From positions 5,116-69,115 of the forward strand of contig QEVP01000006.1 in NCBI GenBank assembly GCA_003576765.1: a stretch of DNA of 64,000 nt, given 5' to 3'. Position numbers and translations under genes: made by a program. Origin of the DNA: Pseudomonadota bacterium (lineage in GTDB: Bacteria; Pseudomonadota; Alphaproteobacteria; Rhizobiales; Xanthobacteraceae). Under the pieces are notes generated by a model, which did no database searches, was not told where the DNA came from, and saw only the letters and a program-made list of their open reading frames with translations. Each line of letters begins with the position of its first letter. Within the stretch, counting starts at the first letter, position 1. Below are positions 42,905-56,016 of the stretch, in pieces.

Positions 42905-43678
42905 ATGCCGCTGATTTTCATCCGCTCGCTGATGTTCAACGTGGCATTTTACGCGCTGATGGTGGCGTGGCTGATCGTGGCGCTGCCGGCTTACGCGATG
43001 CCGCGCCGCGCCATCCTCGGCGTCGCCAAGATATGGGCGCGCCAGAACGTCTTTCTGATGCGCGCGATCTGCAACATCCGGGTCGAATACCGCGGCACCG
43101 CCAACATCCCGGACGGGCCGCTGGTGGTGGCGTGCAAGCATCAGTCGATGTTCGAGACGTTCGCGCTGGTGCCGTTGTTCGACGACCCGCTCTATATCCT
43201 CAAGCGCGAACTGACACGGATTCCGTTGTTCGGCTGGTATCTTCTCAAGGCCGGCATGATCGCGGTGGACCGCAAGGCCGGCGCCCGCGCCCTGATCCGG
43301 ATGACGCGCGAGGCGGTGAGCAAGGTGGCGTCGGGGCGCCAGCTCATCGTCTTTCCCGAAGGCACGCGCCGCCCGGTCGGCGCGGCCCCGGCCTACAAGC
43401 CCGGCATCGCGCAGATCTATGCCGACAGCGGCGCGCCGTGCATTCCGGTCGCCCTCAATTCCGGGCTGTTCTGGCCGCGCCGCACGTTTCTGCGTTACCC
43501 CGGCACGCTGGTGGTCGAGTTTCTTCCACCCGTGCCGCCGGGGCTGGCGCGCCGCGAATTCGTCGCGCATATCACCACCGCGATCGAGCAGGCGACCGAT
43601 ACGCTGATCGAGGAAGGCCGCGCCGAGCAGGCGCGGCTGTTCGGCGGCGTCAAAATGACGGCAGCACAGGACGCCTGA
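42905..43678 (+). CDS. plsC: 1-acyl-sn-glycerol-3-phosphate acyltransferase
   Basis: Motifs CKHQSMFE (HxxxxD/E block) and VFPEGTR. Confidence 0.85.
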   Translation: MPLIFIRSLMFNVAFYALMVAWLIVALPAYAMPRRAILGVAKIWARQNVFLMRAICNIRVEYRGTANIPDGPLVVACKHQSMFETFALVPLFDDPLYILKRELTRIPLFGWYLLKAGMIAVDRKAGARALIRMTREAVSKVASGRQLIVFPEGTRRPVGAAPAYKPGIAQIYADSGAPCIPVALNSGLFWPRRTFLRYPGTLVVEFLPPVPPGLARREFVAHITTAIEQATDTLIEEGRAEQARLFGGVKMTAAQDA

Positions 43679-43690
43679 CGGCGGCGGCGA

Positions 43691-44278
43691 TCACGGTGGC
43701 AGCGCAGCGGCAACGTCGTCGTCGCGCAGCAGGGCCGCAAGGCGGTGCAGCCGGGCGTCGCGGATACCGTGGTCTTCCAGCGCCGCGACGGTCGCCAGCA
43801 CATAGGCGGCGTTGGGGCCGGCGCCGCCATGCCCCTGCCGCACCAGGTGGAGCTGTTCGTCGAGCGTCAACTGGCCGGCATATTGCGGATGCCGGCGGTC
43901 GGCGATGTAGACCAGCGCATTGGCACGGCGGCCGCCATCGCGATCGAGCACCACCGGCCGCATCGCCTCGCGATAGACCTTCGTCACCTGCTCGCGCGCC
44001 CTGAGATAGGCGACCGTGGCCTCGCGTCGCGAGGCGGCAACGCGAAACGCCACCCCCTGGCAGGCGCCGCCATGGTCAAGGCCGAGCACCAGCCCCGGCC
44101 GCTCCGGCGTGCCGCGATGGACCATGGAGTAGATGCACAGCGCGCGATGGGCGCCGACCAGCCGCGCCGGGGTCTGTTCGACAAACGCAAAACCCGGATT
44201 CCAGATCAGCGAGCCATAGCCGAACACCCACAGATCGTCGGTGGCGTTGAGACTCGGCGGTGGGGCGATGGCTGTCAT
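43691..44278 (-). CDS. ChaC-family gamma-glutamylcyclotransferase
   Basis: LWVFGYGSLIWNPGF signature, 195 aa. Confidence 0.85.
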   Translation of the reverse strand: MTAIAPPPSLNATDDLWVFGYGSLIWNPGFAFVEQTPARLVGAHRALCIYSMVHRGTPERPGLVLGLDHGGACQGVAFRVAASRREATVAYLRAREQVTKVYREAMRPVVLDRDGGRRANALVYIADRRHPQYAGQLTLDEQLHLVRQGHGGAGPNAAYVLATVAALEDHGIRDARLHRLAALLRDDDVAAALPP

Positions 44279-44370
44279 GGCAACGACCGGGGCGGATAAG
44301 GATGTTGTAAGGCCAAATCAAGATGGGTACGGCTAATTCCGGGACGCGGGGGCGCAGCAGGAGGCGCGCA

Positions 44371-45450
44371 ATGATCGAGGCGGCGGAGCCGCAACGCAAG
44401 CGGCGGCTATGGCCGGTGTTCGTGGCGCCGGGACTGTTTCTGTTGATCGCGCTGGGCTGGAGCGCGTTCTGGTTCTACGCGGCAGCGCAGGTCGATGGCG
44501 TCATCGACGGCTGGCGCGCCCGCGAGGCGCAGTCCGGCCGCATCCATGGCTGCCGCCAGCAAAGCGTCCGGGGCTTTCCGTTCCGACTCGAGGTGCGCTG
44601 CGAGGGCGCGAGCGTGGCGCTGGTGTCGCAGACGCCTGAGCAGACCACCAGCCAGTCCGCGGCAATGCTGCGTTTCGCCGAAATCCTGGTCGTCGCCCAG
44701 GTCTATACGCCGAACCTGCTGATCGCCGAGTTCACCGCGCCCGCGACCATTGCCGATGCCGGCCGGCCGCCGCTCGCCATCACCACCTGGCACACGGCGC
44801 GCGCCAGCGTCGCCGGCCCGCCCGAGCGGCCCGAGCAGGTGGCCCTGGTGCTGGAGGACCCGGCGGTGGAGCGCATCGATGGCGCGAACCAGGTGCCGGT
44901 GTTCCGCGCCAAACGGCTTGCGCTGCACGGCCGCCCGGCGCCGGCCGCGGACGCCGGCCGACCGGCGATCGAGGCCGTGCTGCAGGTCGATCAGGCGACG
45001 GGACCGGAGGTGCATCCCGCGCTCGCCGCGCCGTTCGACGGTCAGGTGCGGGTGCTGCTGCACGGCCTGACGAATTTCGAGCCGAAGCCGTGGCCCGAGC
45101 GTTTCCGCGAAATTCAGGCGGCGGGCGGCCGCATCGAGATCGTGCAGGCCCGGCTCCAGCAAGGCGACCTGCTGGCGGCCGCCGGCGGCTCGCTCGGGAT
45201 CGCCGCCAACGGCCACCTCGCCGGCCAGCTCGACCTCACCGTGGCCGGCGCCGACGCCGTGCTGCGCGCGCTCGGGCTCGATGCCGCGCTGGGGCCGCTC
45301 AGCCGTCTGGTGCCCGGCGGCATCATGGCGATGCTCGGCAAGCCGGCGACGCTCGAAGGCCGCGACGCGGTGGCGCTACCGTTGGCGTTCGAGAACGGGA
45401 GCGTGCGGCTCGGCCCGGTGACGGTGGCACACACCGATCCGCTATTTTGA
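44371..45450 (+). CDS. DUF2125-like membrane-anchored protein
   Basis: ATG 44371 after GCAGGAGG, N-terminal TM segment. Resembles the family as I recall it. Unverified. Confidence 0.6.
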   Translation: MIEAAEPQRKRRLWPVFVAPGLFLLIALGWSAFWFYAAAQVDGVIDGWRAREAQSGRIHGCRQQSVRGFPFRLEVRCEGASVALVSQTPEQTTSQSAAMLRFAEILVVAQVYTPNLLIAEFTAPATIADAGRPPLAITTWHTARASVAGPPERPEQVALVLEDPAVERIDGANQVPVFRAKRLALHGRPAPAADAGRPAIEAVLQVDQATGPEVHPALAAPFDGQVRVLLHGLTNFEPKPWPERFREIQAAGGRIEIVQARLQQGDLLAAAGGSLGIAANGHLAGQLDLTVAGADAVLRALGLDAALGPLSRLVPGGIMAMLGKPATLEGRDAVALPLAFENGSVRLGPVTVAHTDPLF

Positions 45451-46401
45451 CGGCGCCTTGTCGGGAACCGCCAGCGGCGCGGCCGGCCGGCCGAAGTTCG
45501 GCCTCGCCTCGTCCTGACCCAGGCTGACGATGCCGCGGCGGATGGCACGGGTGCGGGTAAAATGCTCGAACAGCGCGTCGCCATCGCCCCGGCGGATGGC
45601 GCGGGTCAGCTTTGAGAGGTCTTCCTGAAATTCGCCAAGCATGTCGAGCACGGCATCCTTGTTGGTGAGGAAGACGTCGCGCCACATGGTCGGATCGGAC
45701 GCGGCGATGCGGGTGAAGTCGCGGAAGCCGCCGGCCGAGAACTTCAGCACCTCGGACTCCGTCACGCTGCCCAGTTCGTCTGCCGTGCCGACGATAGTGT
45801 AGGCGATCAGATGCGGCAGGTGGCTGGTGATCGCCAGCACGCGGTCGTGATGTTCGGCCTCCATGGTCTCGACATTGGCGCCGAGCGCGCTCCAGAACTG
45901 CCGCAGCCGCTCGACCGCCAGAGCGTCCGTGCCCGCGGGCGGCGTCAGCACGCACCAGCGGTTGACGAACAGTTCGGCGAAGCCGGCATCGGGGCCGGAG
46001 TCCTCGGTGCCGGCAACGGGATGCGCCGGAACGAAATGCACGCTCGCCGGCAGATGCGGCTGCATCGCCGCGACCACCGCGGCCTTGACCGAGCCGACAT
46101 CGGACACGATGGCGCCGGGCGCAAGATGCGTCGCGAAGCTTTCCGCAACCTCCCCGCAGACGCCGACCGGGACGCAGGCGATCACCAGATCGGCCTCCTC
46201 GACCGCCTCGGCACTGCTCTCGGCGATACGGTCGGCCAGGCCGATCTCGCGCGCGCGGGCGCGCACCTCGGGCGAGCGGTCGGTGGCGACGATCTCGCCG
46301 GCCACGCCCGTTGCCTGGATGCCGCGCGCGATCGAGGAGCCGATCAGCCCGAGGCCGATCAGCGCCACGCGGCGGAACAGCGGCTGGTCGAGTTCAACCA
46401 T
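45442..46401 (-). CDS. tyrC: Prephenate/arogenate (cyclohexadienyl) dehydrogenase
   Basis: Motifs [23 protein letters not shown] and SHLPHLIA. 8-nt overlap with hisC. Confidence 0.85.
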   Translation of the reverse strand: MVELDQPLFRRVALIGLGLIGSSIARGIQATGVAGEIVATDRSPEVRARAREIGLADRIAESSAEAVEEADLVIACVPVGVCGEVAESFATHLAPGAIVSDVGSVKAAVVAAMQPHLPASVHFVPAHPVAGTEDSGPDAGFAELFVNRWCVLTPPAGTDALAVERLRQFWSALGANVETMEAEHHDRVLAITSHLPHLIAYTIVGTADELGSVTESEVLKFSAGGFRDFTRIAASDPTMWRDVFLTNKDAVLDMLGEFQEDLSKLTRAIRRGDGDALFEHFTRTRAIRRGIVSLGQDEARPNFGRPAAPLAVPDKAPSK

Positions 46402-47488
46402 GGAGAAACTCGCGCAAGGCTGCGACGACCAGACGGTTGGCTTCCTCGGTGCCGACGGTTAGGCGCAGCGCATGCGGCAACTGGTAGTTCTTCACCGCGC
46501 GCAGCACCAGCCCGCGTGCGGTGAGGAAGGCGTCAGCGTCCGCCGCCGTCCTGCCGGCCTCGGTCGGAAAGTGGATCAGGACGAAGTTGGCGACGCTCGG
46601 CGTCACCTTGAGGCCGAGCTTGCCGATTTCGTCGGTGAGCCAGGCGCGCCACGTTTCGTTGTGGGCGCGGGCATGGCTGAGAAAGCCCGCATCCTCGATG
46701 GAGGCCGCCGCCGCCGCCATTGCCGGCGTCGACACGTTGAACGGCCCGCGGATGCGGTTGACGGCATCGACGATGTTGGCCGGGCCGAACATCCAGCCGA
46801 CGCGCAGGGCCGCGAGCCCGTGAATCTTCGAGAAGGTGTGGGTCATCACCGTGTTGTCGGTGGTCGCCACCAGTTCGATGCCGGCCTGATAGTCGTTGCG
46901 CGACACGAAGTCGGAATAGGCGGCATCCAGCACCAGCACGACGTGTGGCGGCAGGCCCGCGCGCAGCCGCTTGACTTCGTCGAACGGCAGATAGGTGCCG
47001 GTCGGATTGTTGGGGTTGGCGAGCCAGACCAGCTTGGTGCGCGGCGTCACGCGCGCCAGAATGGCATCGACGTCGGCCGTAAACTCACGCTCCGGCGCGA
47101 TCACCGGCGTCGCGCCGTTGGCCTTGGTGGCGATCGGATAGACCAGGAAGCCGTGCGTGGTCATGACCGCCTCGTCGCCCTGGCCGAGATAGGTGTGCGC
47201 CAAGAGGTTGAGGATTTCGTCGGAACCGGCGCCGCAGATGATGCGGTCGGGGTCGAGCCCGAACACACGGCCAATCGCCTCGCGCAGCACGCGCGAGGTG
47301 CCCTCGGGATAATCCTCCAGATGCGCCGCCGCTGCCGTGAAGGCGGCCACCGCCTTCGGCGAGGGACCGAGCGGCGTCTCGTTGGCGGACAGTTTGAACA
47401 CCTTGCGCCCGGCCATCGGCTGCGGGGTCTTGCCCGGCGTGTAGGGGGCAATGTCAAGAATGCCGGGATTCGGCTGCGGGGACGACAT
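46394..47488 (-). CDS. hisC: Histidinol-phosphate aminotransferase
   Basis: Trimmed to ATG 47488. Motifs [12 protein letters not shown] and [15 protein letters not shown] (PLP lysine). Confidence 0.9.
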   Translation of the reverse strand: MSSPQPNPGILDIAPYTPGKTPQPMAGRKVFKLSANETPLGPSPKAVAAFTAAAAHLEDYPEGTSRVLREAIGRVFGLDPDRIICGAGSDEILNLLAHTYLGQGDEAVMTTHGFLVYPIATKANGATPVIAPEREFTADVDAILARVTPRTKLVWLANPNNPTGTYLPFDEVKRLRAGLPPHVVLVLDAAYSDFVSRNDYQAGIELVATTDNTVMTHTFSKIHGLAALRVGWMFGPANIVDAVNRIRGPFNVSTPAMAAAAASIEDAGFLSHARAHNETWRAWLTDEIGKLGLKVTPSVANFVLIHFPTEAGRTAADADAFLTARGLVLRAVKNYQLPHALRLTVGTEEANRLVVAALREFLHG

Positions 47489-47525
47489 CGGAAGGCTCCG
47501 GAGGAAACGAGGGCGGGCGAAACGG

Positions 47526-48368
47526 TCAGGCGCCGCCGGGCGGCGCCACCGTATAGCGCGTGGCATGACCGCCGACGAGAGCCGCCGATCGCACCGAAGC
47601 CCCGGCGTTGACGAGCGCGGCGCGAACCTTGTCGAAACCGTCGGCGGCCGGCACCGAAACCAGCAGCGCCGCGCCGTCGGAGGTCGCGTCCGGCACCGCG
47701 ATGATTTCGGCGAACGGCGCCAACGCCCGCGCCACCGCCGCGTTCCAGCCGGAGACGCGCACGCTCCACATCTCGACCTCGCGCACCATGGCCTCGGGAG
47801 CGACGCGCGACACCACAAACACCGGCATCGCGGCCGGATGGTTGGGTCGCTCGACGAACGGCAGGCGGGCGATGATCTTCGGTGCGTCCGGCGCCTCCAG
47901 CGCACTCCACCATGGCGCACGGCTGGACGACGCCGACACCAGCGCGAGATCGCCGCGCGAGCCGGCCACCGCCGCGACCGCCGCATCGGCGGAAAAATGC
48001 GGCACGAACGGCACCACGAAGCCGAAATGAAAGCGCGCCGAATCCCGCATCGCGGATTCGCCGGGCGACAGGTCGGCGTGGACCGCGAACGGCGCCTGCA
48101 CATGGGTGAAGGTGGCGATGATGACCCGCCAGATGCCCTCGATGGTGTCGAGCGGCAGGATGCCGCGATGGCGCTCGACCAGCCGGCGCATCATGTCGGC
48201 CTCGCGCGCCGGACGGAACGCGGAACCGACCTCCTGCGTCTTCTTCACCGCGATCAGGCGATCGATGATGTCGGCGCGCTCCATCAGCAGGGTGTGGACC
48301 TGCTGATCGATGCGGTCGATCTCCTGGCGCAGATCCTGCAGCGAAGGCGCGGATGCGGCGTTGGACAT
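47526..48368 (-). CDS. Chorismate mutase domain protein with C-terminal regulatory-like domain
   Basis: [26 protein letters not shown] is an AroQ-type N-terminus. Upstream of hisC-tyrC on the same strand. Confidence 0.7.
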   Translation of the reverse strand: MSNAASAPSLQDLRQEIDRIDQQVHTLLMERADIIDRLIAVKKTQEVGSAFRPAREADMMRRLVERHRGILPLDTIEGIWRVIIATFTHVQAPFAVHADLSPGESAMRDSARFHFGFVVPFVPHFSADAAVAAVAGSRGDLALVSASSSRAPWWSALEAPDAPKIIARLPFVERPNHPAAMPVFVVSRVAPEAMVREVEMWSVRVSGWNAAVARALAPFAEIIAVPDATSDGAALLVSVPAADGFDKVRAALVNAGASVRSAALVGGHATRYTVAPPGGA

Positions 48369-48596
48369 GGACGGCACCTTGGACAGCAACCCTGGATGGC
48401 AATCCTGCGAAAGCAGTCACGGCGCGGCACGCAACAGGCGCCGCCGCCGGCCCGGCATGAATAAGCACGCAAGGCCGCGAAAGCAAAGGAAACATTATGC
48501 TCCGCCGGCCCGCCGACGACCCCGCGCCATGCCCCGCGCGGGCGCCATCTTGACGGAAAGCTGCCACGGGATTACCTGTGGGCCACATTCCGTGGT

Positions 48597-48645
48597 CATT
48601 TGAGCCGGCCGGCTTGCAGCCACGTTAAACAACTCGCTAAAAGGC
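48597..48645 (+). promoter_or_regulatory. Probable SAM-II (metA-motif) riboswitch aptamer in the metX leader
   Basis: TTTGAGCCGGCCGGCTTGCAGCCACGTTAAACAACTCGCTAAAAGG resembles the SAM-II consensus from memory. It lies upstream of metX as in other alphaproteobacteria. Needs cmsearch confirmation. Confidence 0.5.
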
Positions 48646-48661
48646 CGGGGACACAAGTGCT

Positions 48662-48695
48662 CCCGGCCGAACGTTACGTTCAGGCCGGTTTTTTT
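48662..48695 (+). terminator. Leader terminator (attenuator) of the metX riboswitch
   Basis: CCGGCCGAACG-TTA-CGTTCAGGCCGG stem followed by TTTTTTT. Its 5' arm also pairs with GGCCGGG at 48643-48649, giving an alternative hairpin. Confidence 0.6.
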
Positions 48696-48717
48696 GGGCC
48701 TATCGTCCGGAGAGGCA

Positions 48718-49914
48718 ATGTCCGAGCTTGCCGGGATCACATCAGGCGACGGCGGCCGCGAGCGCGAGGTCGATCACCCCTCGTCGCTGGTGGCGACGTT
48801 CGGTCCCGACGAACCGCTCAGGCTCGACTGCGGCGTCGATCTCGCGCCGTTCCAGATCGCCTATCAGGCTTATGGCTCGCTCAATTCCGAGCGCAGCAAC
48901 GCGGTGCTAGTCTGTCATGCGCTGACCGGCGACCAGCACGTCGCCAACATTCATCCGGTGACCGGCAAGCCGGGGTGGTGGGAAACCATGATCGGCCCTG
49001 GCCGGCCGATCGACACCGAGCGTTACTTCGTGATCTGCGCCAACGTGATCGGCGGCTGCATGGGCTCCTCCGGCCCGGCCTCGACCAATCCCTCGACCGG
49101 CCAGCCATGGGGGCTGGATTTCCCCGTCGTCACCATTCCCGACATGGTGCGGGCGCAGGCGATGCTGCTCGACCGGCTCGGCATCGACACGCTTTTGTGC
49201 GTCGCCGGCGGCTCGATGGGCGGCATGCAGGTGCTGCAATGGGCGGTGGCCTATCCCGAGCGCGTGTTCGCGGCCTTGCCGGTCGCGACCGGCCCGCGCC
49301 ACTCGGCGCAGAACATCGCCTTCGATGAAGTCGGCCGGCAGGCGGTGATGGCCGACCCCGACTGGCGCGGCGGCCGCTACTTCGCCGAGGGCACGCATCC
49401 GCGCCGCGGTCTCGCGGTGGCGCGCATGGCCGCGCACATCACCTACCTGTCGGACGCCGCGCTGCATCGCAAGTTCGGCCGCCGCATGCAGGACCGTGAG
49501 CTGCCTACATTTTCCTTCGATGCCGACTTCCAGGTCGAAAGCTATCTGCGCCATCAGGGCTCGTCCTTCGTCGAGCGCTTCGACGCCAACAGCTATCTCT
49601 ATTTGACGCGCGCGATGGACTATTTCGACATCGCCGCCGACCACGGCACGCTGGCAAAGGCGTTTCTCGGCACGCGGACGCGCTTCTGCGTCGTCTCGTT
49701 CACCAGCGACTGGCTGTTTCCGACACCGGAATCGCAAGCCGTGGTGCGCGCGCTCAACGCCGGCGGCGCGCGGGTGTCGTTCGCCGAGATCGAGACCGAC
49801 AGGGGCCACGACGCCTTCCTGCTCGACGTGCCGGAATTTCTCGATATCGCGCGCGCCTTCATCGACTCGGCGGCGGTGGCGCGCTGCCTTGGCGCGGGGC
49901 ACACGACATCATGA
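48718..49914 (+). CDS. metX: Homoserine O-acetyltransferase
   Basis: ATG 48718 after GGAGAGG. Motifs [12 protein letters not shown] and GGSMGGMQ. Confidence 0.92.
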   Translation: MSELAGITSGDGGREREVDHPSSLVATFGPDEPLRLDCGVDLAPFQIAYQAYGSLNSERSNAVLVCHALTGDQHVANIHPVTGKPGWWETMIGPGRPIDTERYFVICANVIGGCMGSSGPASTNPSTGQPWGLDFPVVTIPDMVRAQAMLLDRLGIDTLLCVAGGSMGGMQVLQWAVAYPERVFAALPVATGPRHSAQNIAFDEVGRQAVMADPDWRGGRYFAEGTHPRRGLAVARMAAHITYLSDAALHRKFGRRMQDRELPTFSFDADFQVESYLRHQGSSFVERFDANSYLYLTRAMDYFDIAADHGTLAKAFLGTRTRFCVVSFTSDWLFPTPESQAVVRALNAGGARVSFAEIETDRGHDAFLLDVPEFLDIARAFIDSAAVARCLGAGHTTS

Positions 49915-50582
49915 ACGAGCAGGCGACATTGCCGCTGCCGGCGACCGGCCCGGCCAACGGCGAGGCCCCTCGCGTCGATCACCTGCTGGTCGCCGAAATG
50001 GTCGAGCACGGTTCGCGCGTGCTCGACATCGGCTGCGGCGACGGCGATCTGCTGCAGCTTCTTGAGAGCCGCGGCGTCGATGGCCGCGGGCTCGAGATTT
50101 CGCGCGAGGGCGTCAACCGTTCGGTCGCCAAGGGCCTTGCGGTGATCCAGGGCGACGCCGACACCGACCTCGCCTCCTATCCCGACGATGCCTTCGACTA
50201 CGTCATTCTCTCGCAGACCCTGCAGGCGACGCGTCAGCCGCGCGTGGTGCTCGAACACATGCTGCGCATCGGTCGCCGCGCCATCGTCTCGTTTCCGAAC
50301 TTCGGGCACTGGAAGATGCGGCTGCAATTGATGGTCAAGGGCCAGATGCCGCGCACCGACCGCCTGCCGGCGACGTGGTACGACACCGCCAACATCCACT
50401 TCTGCACCATCAAGGATTTCGTGCAGCTCTGCGACGAGATCAACGTGCGCATGGAGCGCGCGGTGGCGCTCGACCCCTACGGCCGGCCGCTGCGCTTCAA
50501 CGCGCCCTGGTGGTTCTGGAATCTGTTTGGCGAACAAGCCGTTTTCCTGCTCGCCCGGGGCGAGGCCGAGGCGCGCAAATAG
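49911..50582 (+). CDS. metW: Methionine biosynthesis protein MetW
   Basis: ATGA overlap with metX. Contains the methyltransferase-like motif VLDIGCGDG. Confidence 0.9.
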   Translation: MNEQATLPLPATGPANGEAPRVDHLLVAEMVEHGSRVLDIGCGDGDLLQLLESRGVDGRGLEISREGVNRSVAKGLAVIQGDADTDLASYPDDAFDYVILSQTLQATRQPRVVLEHMLRIGRRAIVSFPNFGHWKMRLQLMVKGQMPRTDRLPATWYDTANIHFCTIKDFVQLCDEINVRMERAVALDPYGRPLRFNAPWWFWNLFGEQAVFLLARGEAEARK

Positions 50583-50759
50583 CGCATCGCACGAGGCAAT
50601 CCTGCGGCGACTTTGTGTCAGGTAAGAAAAGCCGCGTTTTTCACCGACAACGCAGCACGTGAGGTCATTTTATCGCCACATCCGGCGTGGTTCTAACGTC
50701 GCCAGAGCCAGCTCCGCTTGCGCGACTGGCGGGATCGGGGGTGTTTTGAGGATGATTGA

Positions 50760-51434
50760 ATGACGTCTGTTGCCGCACTGCGGCGGTCGTGGCGCAAGCC
50801 GGCGCTCGCCGTATCTTCGATGATCTGCACGTTTGCTTTCGTTGCGTTAACCACGCCGTCTCACGCGGAGCCTTCGCGCCACGGCGCGCATCAGGTGCGC
50901 AGCCACCACGGCTCGCACGCGAAACATTCCACGCGCCACACCTATCGCAAGGCCGCGCGCCATGCCCATCGCAAGGCCACGCGCCGCCATCATCGCGCGC
51001 AGCGGCATCGCTCGCGCGCGGCGCAAATCGCCAACTTCCGCAACGCCAATGCCAGCCTGATGCAGCCGCAGGCGGGCTTCAGCGGCGGTTCCGGCCTCGT
51101 TGCCGAGGCGCGCCGCTACATCGGGCGCAATCCCACCGGCCGCGGCCGGCTGTGGTGCGCGCGCTTCATGAACATGGTGCTGGAGCGCTCCGGCCATCGC
51201 GGCACCGGCTCGGACATGGCGCGCTCGTTCGCGAGCTACGGCCGGCGCGTCTCCGGTCCGCAGGTCGGCGCCATCGCGGTGATCTCGCGCGGCCGTCGCG
51301 GCGGCCATGTCGGCGTGGTCAGCGGCGTCGATGCCAAGGGCAATCCGATCATCGTCTCCGGCAATCACGGTCGCCGCGTCGCCGAGGCAACCTACTCGAA
51401 AGCCCGCGTCTACGCCTACGTCATGCCGGAATAA
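50760..51434 (+). CDS. Secreted CHAP/NlpC-P60-like peptidase (TIGR02594-like) with basic His/Arg-rich N-terminal region
   Basis: Signal-like N-terminus. Motifs LWCARFMN (catalytic Cys context) and GGHVGVV. Confidence 0.65.
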   Translation: MTSVAALRRSWRKPALAVSSMICTFAFVALTTPSHAEPSRHGAHQVRSHHGSHAKHSTRHTYRKAARHAHRKATRRHHRAQRHRSRAAQIANFRNANASLMQPQAGFSGGSGLVAEARRYIGRNPTGRGRLWCARFMNMVLERSGHRGTGSDMARSFASYGRRVSGPQVGAIAVISRGRRGGHVGVVSGVDAKGNPIIVSGNHGRRVAEATYSKARVYAYVMPE

Positions 51435-52213
51435 AGCCGGGTGAGCCGGTCGCCGGGGCGCATCGTGCCGCCGGCGACCACTTCGGCATAGACGCCGCAA
51501 TCGACATGCCCGAGCATGCGCATCAGCGTCTGCGGGATGTTGAGATCGCGCTTGGCGGTGACCGGATCGACATTGGTGGCGGCGCAGCGCTTGATGCGCT
51601 TCACCACTTTCAGGCGGGCTTCGCCGATGGCCAGCGTCGCGCCGACCAGATCGAGTTCGTGCCAGGCCGGCCAGCCGTCGAGATAGACGTTGGCGCGGAA
51701 GCGCAAGGGATCGACCGGCTGCCCGACCTCGCGGGCGATGGCCGCGAGGCTTCCGAGATTGATCAGCGATACCACCTTCGGCGCGAAGTCGGAGAAATTG
51801 TGCCCGGCGGCAGCCAGCACGCGCGGCGGTCCGCGCAGGTCGCCGGCGCAATAGGCGGCGAGATACGTCTCGATCGCCTGCCGCCCCTCCGCCGTGGAGA
51901 GGTCGCCGCGCGCCACCTCGCACGCCTCGCGGCGGACGGTCAGCACATGGCTTTCGTCGTCGTAGTGCGTCTCCAGCGCCGCCAGCCGCTCGTCGCGCAT
52001 CAGCATCAGAAAATAGGTTTTCGGAAAGAACGCCGGCGCCGCCGGGTCGAACCCGCTCGGCCCGTTCTCGACCGCGTAGCGGCGGTCGGCGGCCAGCATC
52101 TCGCCCGGCACCAGCGCGGCGCTGGTCAACGGCTCCGGCGACAGGCCCTTGACCGGGTAGCGGTAGAGGGCGGCGATGGTCGCCGCGGGCGTCTCGGCAG
52201 GGGTCTCTGACAT
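51416..52213 (-). CDS. MOSC domain-containing protein
   Basis: N-terminus IAALYRYPVKGLSPE, MOSC beta-barrel with C-terminal RCAATNVDP. Confidence 0.8.
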   Translation of the reverse strand: MSETPAETPAATIAALYRYPVKGLSPEPLTSAALVPGEMLAADRRYAVENGPSGFDPAAPAFFPKTYFLMLMRDERLAALETHYDDESHVLTVRREACEVARGDLSTAEGRQAIETYLAAYCAGDLRGPPRVLAAAGHNFSDFAPKVVSLINLGSLAAIAREVGQPVDPLRFRANVYLDGWPAWHELDLVGATLAIGEARLKVVKRIKRCAATNVDPVTAKRDLNIPQTLMRMLGHVDCGVYAEVVAGGTMRPGDRLTRLYSGMT

Positions 52214-52436
52214 AGGCGTGTTTTAGCCGGTTTTGAGCGGGCAGCCAGCCGCCGATTTCGCCGGCCTGCCTCTTTTACAGCCAAAGTCGAATGCCCACAT
52301 GGGCCTTAAGCGGGGCACGCCCCCGCGACGACCGACCGTTTTTGACCAGGATCAACGCGGGCGAACCATCACCCCATGACGATGTCTCCATCCGTGCCTT
52401 CGGGGCGGACGGGACAGGCCGAGGGACCAGACAACG

Positions 52437-55091
<2,655 letters not shown>

Positions 55092-55112
55092 GACATTCCC
55101 CCACCCAACCCC

Positions 55113-55134
55113 ACCCTCCCCCTGGAGGGGGAGG
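55113..55134. repeat. C/G-tract hairpin (repeat family 3) after clpB
   Basis: CCCTCCCCC-TGGA-GGGGGAGGG perfect 9-bp stem. Confidence 0.7.
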
Positions 55135-55275
55135 GATAAAGGGAGGGGGCCGGCGCCGGGCACGGCGATGGCGAACGACGCAATCCAGCCATGACACGGC
55201 GGAGCCGGTCGCCGCTTGCGTTCCTGCCGGCGGCTGATAAGATATATTTACAATGCATCTTTTAGGAGATCGGGG

Positions 55276-55734
55276 ATGCTGTCCGGTGCCACTGTCCGTC
55301 AGGCGGAGCGACGGGCCTCCCACCCCATCGCCGGCCGTGGCGTGGTGGTCGCCCGCGGCGTGGTCGTGGCTGCGCCCCAACCCGGGACGGAAACGGCGCA
55401 CGCGCTCGGCCGCCTTGCTCAGGCCACCGCGATCGCATTCCGCCGCCACCCGCACCTCAACAACGTGCTGACCCACATCTGCGGCGCCGACTGGAAGCGC
55501 CTCGACACCGCGCTTCGCGCCGTGCTCGATCCGGCCGCGAGCCCGCGCACGCTGTCGCCGCTCGCGCTCAACCTGCTCGACCTGATGAACGCCGAGCGTG
55601 GCGTCACCGGGCGCATCATGAAGCCCTATTTTCACGAGTTGCTCGCGACATTGCTGCCGCCGGCCGAAGCCGCGGAGGTGGCGGAGCGGATCGGCGCCCT
55701 GTTTCGGCGGGCGCAAAGCTGGAGGCGGATATGA
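55276..55734 (+). CDS. Hypothetical protein (152 aa), first gene of a three-gene operon
   Basis: ATG 55276 after AGGAGATCGGGG. Codons are strongly GC3-biased in this frame. The stop overlaps the next ATG (ATGA). Confidence 0.55.
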   Translation: MLSGATVRQAERRASHPIAGRGVVVARGVVVAAPQPGTETAHALGRLAQATAIAFRRHPHLNNVLTHICGADWKRLDTALRAVLDPAASPRTLSPLALNLLDLMNAERGVTGRIMKPYFHELLATLLPPAEAAEVAERIGALFRRAQSWRRI

Positions 55735-56006
55735 CGATTGCGGTCCCCCTTCCCGTCACGGTGCGGGTGCTCGACATGCGCGAGATCGCCCCGCGCGTGC
55801 GCCATACCATCGTCGCCCAGTTGTTCGAGCACCTGGTGCCGGGCGCCGCGCTGGAATTGAAGGTCGATCATAACCCGATGCCGCTGCGCCGCCAGTTCGA
55901 GGCGCGCTATGGCGAACTGTGCCGCTGGACCTATCTCGAACGCGGACCCGATCTGTGGCGCGTGCGGCTCGAGCGCAGTGAGGCTCAGCCCCGCACGGCC
56001 GAATGA
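55731..56006 (+). CDS. DUF2249 domain protein
   Basis: 91 aa. ...LDMREIAPRVRHTIVAQLFEHLVPGAALELKVDHNPMPLRRQFEARYGE...WTYLERGPDLWRVRLER matches my recollection of DUF2249. Confidence 0.7.
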   Translation: MTIAVPLPVTVRVLDMREIAPRVRHTIVAQLFEHLVPGAALELKVDHNPMPLRRQFEARYGELCRWTYLERGPDLWRVRLERSEAQPRTAE

Positions 56007-56016
56007 GGAGGATGGC

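Noticed and set aside
52272-52300. Sigma-32 (RpoH) promoter upstream of clpB (CTTTTAC ... CCCACAT).
   Set aside because: It matches CTTGAA-N13-17-CCCCATNT only partially, and the spacing is at the limit. Expected biologically but not supported well enough to annotate.
55236-55256. FNR/FixK-like site in the AT-rich patch (CTGATAAGATATATTTACAAT) upstream of the DUF2249 operon.
   Set aside because: It fits neither the TTGAT-N4-ATCAA nor the TTGCG-N4-CGCAA pattern. It is more likely just promoter -10/UP-like AT-rich DNA.
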